The position numbers and the translations under genes are program-made. Positions 1-7,100 of a stretch of 14,449 bases of DNA are shown in pieces (the stretch's first letter is position 1; every line of letters begins with the position of its first letter). The notes beneath the pieces were generated by a model. The model made no database searches. It had not been told where the DNA came from and saw nothing but the letters and a program-made list of their open reading frames with translations. The stretch spans positions 1 through 14,449 of the forward strand of contig JBBIGR010000071.1 of NCBI GenBank assembly GCA_037447435.1, given 5' to 3'. This DNA comes from Fibrobacteria bacterium (GTDB taxonomy: Bacteria > Fibrobacterota > Chitinivibrionia > Chitinivibrionales > FEN-1185).

Positions 1-185
1 GTTTGAGATTAATTTAAACTAAAATCGGACATTGACTCAAAAACGCGCCGGTTTTATTGATAATTGTTGTTTATTTCTATAGATGATAAAATTTAAAAAC
101 TTCCACATTTTAAAGACCCAATGTGCAAAGGCAAAACGTAAAAGATTTTTTGGGATTTTAAAAAAGAAAAGGTACATTTGAATTT

Positions 186-512
186 ATGAAGTTTAATATG
201 ATAAAAAAAATATGGAAATGGATTGGAAACATTGAAAATAGAGCAATCATTACATTTTTAGTTATTACAATCGGGGCAGTTATTGGAATTTATGATGCTT
301 GTTTTACCGAAAGAAAATCAAAATCTAAAACCCAATTACTTTCTGAAAAGAATCAGAAAGCAACAGCGATGGGAAATTCTGCTGCTGTAAATGCTTCCGA
401 AGGTAGCCAAATAAATATTATTACAATTCAACCAACAAACAATATCAACAAGATCGATTCCGCAAACGCTCAATCTCAAAAAAAGGTGTTGGATAAATCG
501 CAAATTCATTAA
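186..512 (+). CDS. Small single-pass membrane protein (108 aa) with a C-terminal N/S/A-rich motif shared with the downstream gene
   Basis: ORF with a basic/Trp N-terminus, a hydrophobic segment (aa ~20-37, AIITFLVITIGAVIGIY) and the motif QKATAMGNSAAVNASEGSQINI (aa 57-78). Alternative start at ATG 198. Confidence 0.7.
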   Translation: MKFNMIKKIWKWIGNIENRAIITFLVITIGAVIGIYDACFTERKSKSKTQLLSEKNQKATAMGNSAAVNASEGSQINIITIQPTNNINKIDSANAQSQKKVLDKSQIH

Positions 513-577
513 ACAAAAGAATTCTTTAAACACAGGGAATTTTTATAAATTGTAACTTAATTAAGAAGATTACTTTT

Positions 578-1033
578 ATGGAACGAAAACAATTTTATCA
601 TTTATTGCTTAAAATCCAAGGCTTGTTATTTTTTCTGGTGGGAGCTTCCTTTGGTCAAAGCAGCACGCATTCATATGTAAATGCAGATTCCATTGTCGGC
701 GTTAAACAAAAGGCTGTGGCAACTGAGAATGGTATTGCTATAAATGCGATTAATTCCACTGTCAATATAAATTATAATTCTACTCCAAATCAGCAATCTA
801 TTAACCGTAAATTACAACAACAATATCAAAGCATAGATTTCCGGTTAAAAATTCTTGAAGATAATAATAAAGCTATTGAGCATGTTAAAAATGAGGCGAA
901 ACAACCACAAGTAACTCAGCAAATCATAAATGTATTGAAAAATATTGAAAAAGGAGAAGTCAGGCCTTTAATAAGAACAAAGTGTTGCGCAAACTCAAAA
1001 CCAGAATCATCAATCTGCGCAATTGGCTTGTGA
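578..1033 (+). CDS. N-terminal part of a frameshifted TPR protein: signal peptide/TM, shared motif, coiled coil
   Basis: Signal-peptide-like N-terminus (LLFFLVGASFG/Q), motif QKAVATENGIAINAINSTVNI, then a Q-rich helical segment. The last ~19 aa (RTKCCANSK...) look out of frame; the +1 frame is open from 975 into the TPR ORF. Confidence 0.7.
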   Translation: MERKQFYHLLLKIQGLLFFLVGASFGQSSTHSYVNADSIVGVKQKAVATENGIAINAINSTVNINYNSTPNQQSINRKLQQQYQSIDFRLKILEDNNKAIEHVKNEAKQPQVTQQIINVLKNIEKGEVRPLIRTKCCANSKPESSICAIGL

Positions 1034-2237
1034 GCAGGCAGCTTTGCTTATAAATCGAAATGATAAGGCAGCAGCGGAAGCTTATAGCAGAGCTTTACGA
1101 TATGAACCAGAAAATATTGAAAATTGGTGGAAATATGCAAATTTAATGCTGTATTCAGGAAATCTCAACGAAACTATGGCAGCATTTACAAAAATGAAAC
1201 AAATTACTGAAGAATTGGTTGCTCGAGATAAAACCAATATGGATTGGCAATATGCCTTATCATTAAGTTATGAAGGAATCGGCTATGTATTAAAAGCTAA
1301 AGGCGAACTCAAAAGTGCTTTAAAAATGTTTATTGAAAGCATGGCAATTGGACAACGTATTGCTGCTCAGGGCCCAGTGACCTTATGGATAAGCACATTC
1401 GCATCAAGTCGGCTTCAAATTGGCGATATATTGCTCGCTCAAGGTGATTTTCTAATGGCATTTAAAACATTTGATACGGGTTATACTATCGCAACAAACC
1501 TTGTTGCTCGGGATACATTAAATTCTGATTGGCAATGGTTACTTATATTGTATTCTGAGAGAATAGGAGATGCTTTATATACTGAATCATTGCAACAGCC
1601 CACCATATTTACTGACGCTTCGAATAATACCTATATAGGGACTAAATCTGCCATTTTTGGCCTAAGGAGCCAATCGTTAAAGTCTTTTAAATCTGGCCTA
1701 AAAGTTGCTGAAAAATTATCAGCAAGTGATATCTCAAAAATTGAATGGCAGCGTGAAGTGACGATTATCAATAGCAGAATTGCTAAAATACTTATTGATC
1801 AAGGTGATTTTAATGGAGCTCTACAGGCTTATCAACAGAATGAAAACCTTCGAAAGAAATTGGCGGCGCAAGATACTACCAACATTGAATGGCAACGAGA
1901 TCTTTCAATCCATTATGGCAATCTTGGTAATGTCCAACGCATTTTAGGTGATTTTTCTAAAGCTTTAAAAAATACACGATTAAGTCTTATTATTGCAGAG
2001 CGACTCGCTTTGCATGACACTTCAAATGCCCAATTACAATTAGATCAAACAATTTGTTATTTTAATTTAAGTTTATTTATTAATCAAGGAGTTAGTAAGG
2101 AAGAAGCCATTTACGGTTTAAAAAAAGCAATTTTTATAACAAATATGTTTGAAGATAAAGGACAATTTACTGTAGAACAAAAAGCTTTTTCAATGAAACT
2201 CCGTGCGAAATTTACAGAGCTTATAGCCTGCAAATAA
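1023..2237 (+). CDS. Tetratricopeptide-repeat protein (48-aa 'WQRDLS' type repeats); probably the C-terminal part of a 578-2237 gene
   Basis: Repeats D-x-x-N-x-x-W-Q-x-x-L-S...G-D...A-L with anchor residues at aa 75, 122, 170, 242, 290, 338 (spacing 47/48/72/48/48). TTG start without an obvious RBS; the frame is open upstream to 975. Confidence 0.85.
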   Translation: MACEQAALLINRNDKAAAEAYSRALRYEPENIENWWKYANLMLYSGNLNETMAAFTKMKQITEELVARDKTNMDWQYALSLSYEGIGYVLKAKGELKSALKMFIESMAIGQRIAAQGPVTLWISTFASSRLQIGDILLAQGDFLMAFKTFDTGYTIATNLVARDTLNSDWQWLLILYSERIGDALYTESLQQPTIFTDASNNTYIGTKSAIFGLRSQSLKSFKSGLKVAEKLSASDISKIEWQREVTIINSRIAKILIDQGDFNGALQAYQQNENLRKKLAAQDTTNIEWQRDLSIHYGNLGNVQRILGDFSKALKNTRLSLIIAERLALHDTSNAQLQLDQTICYFNLSLFINQGVSKEEAIYGLKKAIFITNMFEDKGQFTVEQKAFSMKLRAKFTELIACK

Positions 2238-2257
2238 GTATTCCAATATTCCTTATT

Positions 2258-2281
2258 ATATTTCACTAAATATTTCACTAA
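2258..2281. repeat. Perfect 12-bp tandem duplication ATATTTCACTAA x2
   Basis: Copies at 2258-2269 and 2270-2281, 20 bp after the TPR stop codon. Confidence 0.85.
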
Positions 2282-2346
2282 GTTCTTTTTGAGTTTTTAT
2301 TTTACAGGCTTTTTTTGCAGCAAATAGCTCTAGCAAAGGAGTTTAT

Positions 2347-2502
2347 ATGCGCAAATTCCTTTCGCGACACACCCAACTCTTGAAGAATTTTTTTTTCCTA
2401 TCTTACATCGCCCACATCCCCAAATATACCGTAATCAAATTCGAAATCGCATCCGAAAAGATATCTCTTGTAAGACTGGAGAATAATGTTTTGTCCTATT
2501 GA
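2347..2502 (+). CDS. Possible small protein (51 aa, MRKFLSRHTQLLKNFFFLSYIAHIPK...)
   Basis: AAGGAG at 2336-2341, 5 nt before the ATG; ORF read manually to TGA at 2500-2502; no recognisable domain. Confidence 0.25.
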   Translation: MRKFLSRHTQLLKNFFFLSYIAHIPKYTVIKFEIASEKISLVRLENNVLSY

Positions 2503-2751
2503 TTGGGATTGTCGATGGGGAATAATTTGAGGCTGCATTCTTTGGAATTTATGCGCAAGCCTACCATAAAATCCATGAGGCTGTGATCGGCAAGGGAATA
2601 TGGGCGAATAGTTTGAATGTCGGATAAGTTTTGGAGGGAAAAGGACTTGTTTTGTTAAATCGGTTGGGGTTTGGGGATGTCCTTCTATTTCATCGTGAAT
2701 CGTTGCGCAGGAAGTTATTCAAATGAGGCGAAAGGAAAATTTAAGGTAAGA

Positions 2752-2776
2752 AGCCCCTTTTACGGGGCTCCTTTTT
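2752..2776. terminator. Intrinsic terminator hairpin, possibly bidirectional; lies 3' of the minus-strand DUF6261-like gene
   Basis: Stem-loop AGCCCC-TTTTAC-GGGGCT (2752-2769), followed by CCTTTTT on + and TCTTACCTT on -; about 33 nt past the stop at 2803. Confidence 0.65.
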
Positions 2777-2802
2777 CATACCCTCATTCTGCTTTTACTG
2801 AA

Positions 2803-3567
2803 TTATTCCGCTTGGAACTTTGGCGGCTGTACGGGTTCCGCAGAAATGGTCACAACACAGTCTTTTGAACGTGTTCTTCGGCTATGCACTTTTGTCATTA
2901 TATCGTTGATGGCTTCATTGAGTTCGGAAATTACTTCGTTAAATTCCGGAACGGTTTCAGCCTGTGCATCGACATAATGGAGTATCTTGGTTATATGATA
3001 CCCAACCTCATTGCATTGGGTTCGAGCGTCGGATATCGACGCTTCTTTGGCCTTGGCTGCTATTTTTGTTTGATATGATTTTTTATACGCATCCTGCGCA
3101 TTGGCCAAAGATTTCACGATATCCCATATTCCAAGTTGGGTGATATATCCTTGGGCAATGGGGCTTTTAAATTTTTCCAGTATGGAAAGTATGGAACCCG
3201 ATTTCTTTATAGCGCCGGAACTATCGGCCCGGTTTCCTTTGATCAAAGAAAGAAGATACTCTGCAGCGGTTTTAGTTTCGGGTCGCATTTCGATGCTGGA
3301 TAAACCATCGAGAAAATTATACAGACTACGTAAAGCGATAGTACGGGTCTCATCTTTTTTCGCAAGATCTTCGGTACAATGTTTGTTCCTCATTGTTTTA
3401 AGGATCATCTCCAATTTGGAAGCCGAAGCCATCATTTTTACGTCCTCATTTTTCACAAAGACATCGTTTTGCACATTGGATAAGATTTGACAGAACCGTC
3501 CTGCGCAAGCCACGAATTCGCTTGGGGCAAGTAACGAAGACGAGAACTCCCTGATGAACTTATTCAT
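2803..3567 (-). CDS. DUF6261-like alpha-helical protein
   Basis: 254 aa. The pattern T-E-D-L-A-K-K-D-E-T-R...L..F-L-D-G...A-A-E-Y-L...LGI..IV..L..AQ..Y...I-S-E-L-N-E-A-I...R-R-T matches my recollection of DUF6261. Purine-rich RBS (AAAGGGACGGGG) before the ATG. Confidence 0.75.
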   Translation of the reverse strand: MNKFIREFSSSLLAPSEFVACAGRFCQILSNVQNDVFVKNEDVKMMASASKLEMILKTMRNKHCTEDLAKKDETRTIALRSLYNFLDGLSSIEMRPETKTAAEYLLSLIKGNRADSSGAIKKSGSILSILEKFKSPIAQGYITQLGIWDIVKSLANAQDAYKKSYQTKIAAKAKEASISDARTQCNEVGYHITKILHYVDAQAETVPEFNEVISELNEAINDIMTKVHSRRTRSKDCVVTISAEPVQPPKFQAE

Positions 3568-3615
3568 ACCCCGTCCCTTTGTATTAAATGTTTAAAAAAA
3601 ACCGTTATATTATTA

Positions 3616-3631
3616 TGCAATTGCCATACCA
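3616..3631 (-). promoter_or_regulatory. Sigma54 (-24/-12) promoter for the DUF6261-like gene
   Basis: Minus strand reads TGGTATGGCAATTGCA, i.e. GG-N10-GC with TTGCA (consensus TGGCACG-N4-TTGCW), about 50 nt upstream of the start codon. Confidence 0.7.
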
Positions 3632-4055
3632 TATTACATGAAAACTATTGTAGGTTTGAAAAACTTTCTCGATTTTGATAAAACTATCGGTAATGGGAAA
3701 AATTACGCCTATTATTGCGGTTTTAACGTATAGGAAATGAGAAATAATGATTTGTTAAGGCGTTTTTTTACTGAGGATAAGAAAACGCGTCCTGTTTTGC
3801 TCGTTTTCGGACTAAAAATCGTTAAAACGGTCGTCAAATGCCCATTTTTTTATCGGGGATGAGAAAAAGCGTCGTCTTTTTTACATTTTCGCGGAAAAAA
3901 TCATCAAAAGCGTCGCAAAAAGACCATTTTTTTTCAAAAAATCGAATAATCAGGACACAAAGGATAATTTGAAACCGAAAAAGTAAAAATCTTGCTATAA
4001 AAAATGCATTTCGATCACCGATAAATCGGTGCGGCTGCAAAAAAACCTCCTGCTC

Positions 4056-4084
4056 TTGCATGAATTGCATTTTAATCATATAAT
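4056..4084 (+). promoter_or_regulatory. Sigma70-type promoter for the large secreted protein
   Basis: TTGCAT (4056-4061), 17-nt spacer, perfect TATAAT (4079-4084), 78 nt upstream of ATG 4163. Confidence 0.5.
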
Positions 4085-4162
4085 AGAACATATTCGATTC
4101 GAACGGCTTTTTTTTTAAAACCCGATATCGATCTTGAAACCTTATTTTTAAGGGTTTATTCC

Positions 4163-7100
4163 ATGAAATTCTTGTTACTGAAATATAAAAGATGTTCTAT
4201 CATGATTGTCCTTGCAGGCGTTTTGTTTTGGCATAATGCAAAATGCGCCGACGATTACTCGCAATGGTCATACGCGGCAAAAGTGATGCTCAATACTTCT
4301 TCCGGCGGCGCGAATGTTGCTGGTAATCAAACCGGTTTTCCGGTTTTAATCAGATTAACAAGCGCAAATTTCAAATTCACACAGTCGTTCTCGGGCAAAG
4401 ATATCCGCTTCACAAAATCCGATGGTATTACGCATATCCCGTATCAAATCGAGCGCTGGGACAATACGAAAAATCTTGCCGAAATCTGGGTCAAAACGGA
4501 TGTAACGGGCAACAATAATTCCCAATGGATATATATGTTCTGGGGAAATGCCGCTGCTGCAGACAGTTCAAAAGGCAATGCCGTATTCGATACGGCAAAC
4601 GGATTTGTGGGAGTCTGGCATTTAAGCGATGCTTCGGGTAATGCGACCGACGCAACGGCAAATAAATTCGTGGGTGCGCCCAGCGGTACCATTGCTTATT
4701 CGCAAAGCGGTGATGTTGCCTTTTCGAACAAACTGAACGGAGACAGTTCATATTTTGATGCAGGCACCAATACCAAATTGCAAATGAATGCTAAAAACAA
4801 AGTCACGGTTTCGGCATGGATAAATCGTAACGGCGCGAATAAATCGGGATCGGTATGGGAAGGAATTGCCGGAAAGTATAAATGGAGCGGATACAATGCA
4901 AGGGAATATCAGCTTTACAATCTTTCAAATATGGGCTTGGGATTTATTGTAAGCAGCGATGGCACGAGTGCGACGGAAACCCAATGCAATTCGAATTTTT
5001 TGCCTGCCAACGGCGACTGGAATTACGTGACGGGAACAATGGACGCTGCCGATATGTTTATCTATGTCAACGGCATCCAGGCAAACAGCATTGCTAAAAC
5101 AACTGTTTACGGATCCACAACGGCGCATTTTAAAGTCGGGCGGATGGAGGATGACGGCGCAGGTCAAAGACAATATTTTAACGGCCTTGTCGATGAAGTG
5201 CGACTTGAAAACGTCGCACGCTCGGCCGACTGGATAAAACTCTGCTATCAAAGCCAGGTATCCTCATCATCATGGCTTACGCTGTCAACAACGACCGATA
5301 CGATGCCGGTCATTACATCGAGTCCGTCGGACCAAAGTATTTCCGCAAATCAGACCGTTTCATTTACCGTCAATGCAACCGGCGGAAATCTTGTCTATTT
5401 CTGGCAACGAAGCTCAAACGGCACGACCTGGAACAATGCATCGGGCACAAATACGTCGCCGGTCTATTCTTTTTCCGCAACGCTGTCCGACACCGGCACT
5501 AAATTCCGCTGTTTTGTCATGAACGGGAAAGGAAAAGACACTTCCGCTACGGCAACTCTCAAATTTTTAAGGAACGAAGCTCCGGTCATAACGTCAATGA
5601 CGCCTTCGGCAGCAACAACGATTAACGAAGGGGACATTCTCACTTTGTCCATTTCGGCTACGGGAAATCCCGCACCTCAGTATGTTTGGAAAAAGAACGG
5701 AACGGCATTATCGGGAAACGGCGCGAATACGAATATCTATTCCAAAACCGCAACGGTTTCGGACTCCGGGACCTATGCGGTGACCGTGCAGAATTCCGTC
5801 GATACCGTGCAAAGTGCAGACGTAAAAATAGTGATTAAGCCGAATGTCGTAAGGCCCGCAAACCCGATTAAACTTCAGGCACATGCCTTTTCTTCGAATC
5901 AAATCCGATTGACTTGGAATACTATATCCTCATCAAACCCGGAACGCATAATCATTTGGTATCGTAAGAACGTTGCGATCGATACGGTAGCCGATGTGAC
6001 TGCATGGAACCTCGATTCATTGGTTCCCGCATCGCTTGCCGATACGGTACTCATATCCGACAAGTTTTCCGAAAAAACGCGGTATTATTTCGGCGCGCAG
6101 ATATTCAAAAGCGGTTTGTGGACGCAGATTACGACCGCATCGAGCGCAAATGATTCGACGCCCGATGCTGTCGCACGGATCGATTCAAATACGGTACATC
6201 TTGCCAAACCGATATTCGATACGCTATCGAATCAGATAAAATTATCATGGCGTGTAAATAGGGTAGTGGGAAATAATCTTGATATCGGCATTTCCTATTC
6301 AAAAAATGCAATGCCGACATCGGATACGAGCGCACAGCAAATTATACAAGTTAAGGATTCCGTCGGTTCTGCGGTTTTGAAACTTTGGGAAGATATTTCC
6401 TTCAATACGACCTATTATATCGCGTTATGGCTACGAAACAGCGTCAACGGTAAATGGACTGCGCCCACGAAATATTCAAGCGACAGCGTGAAAACTCCTC
6501 CGTACACTTGGCAATCGGTACTTTATTTTACAAAGGCAAAAGACACGGTGTATGCGTTCAACCGGTCCATACGATTGCTCAACGAATACGGCGATGTGAG
6601 CTATACGACGAATAAGCTTATAGCCGTTTTGGCACCGTCATCGATAACCGCAACGTTTTCGGTTATAAGTTCGGGTGTGGAATTTGCGACAAAAGACCGC
6701 GGCGCGCCGTTTTACATCGGTTTTAAGGCCGATTCCTTACCTGCGGGAAAATCGATAAAGAATATACGTATATATCAAGATAGCCTGGGCTTTATGAAAG
6801 TCATGCGCGATTCGATATTTTACGATATGGTAAACGGTTACGTTTCGGTTCGGACAAACAATCTTGATTTTCCTTTGTTTGCGATGATAGACAATACCAA
6901 ACCAGCGCATACGATTTTGTCCCACGGGTTGGATGCGCCGGTGATTGCAGGCGTATCGGTGGTTGACACGGTCATCATACGCGACAATATCGCAAATTTG
7001 TCGTGGTCGTACTTTTTCGGTCGCGGGGGAGAGAATTTCGACACCGCATATTCGTCGCAAAACAAACTTAAGAACAATGTATTGTCCGATACTTCCGCGA

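Noticed and set aside
1..45. Integron attC or dif site at the left end
   Set aside because: No convincing RYYYAAC/GTTRRRY box pair or XerC/D arms, and no recombinase in the window.
186..302. Lipoprotein signal in the 108-aa protein (Cys39)
   Set aside because: The context IYDAC has an Asp in the lipobox and is a poor match; an uncleaved TM anchor is more likely.
578..2237. NLR/STAND NTPase upstream of the TPRs
   Set aside because: No Walker A/B motif is visible in either ORF, and there is no room for an NTPase domain.
2671..3490. Plus-strand ORFs 2671-2868, 2884-3078 and 3101-3490
   Set aside because: Antisense to the DUF6261-like gene or running through its terminator; no recognisable protein features.
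3834..4091. 85-aa minus-strand ORF in the divergent intergenic region
   Set aside because: Its F/K-rich composition reflects A/T tracts, and it overlaps the predicted promoter of the large gene.
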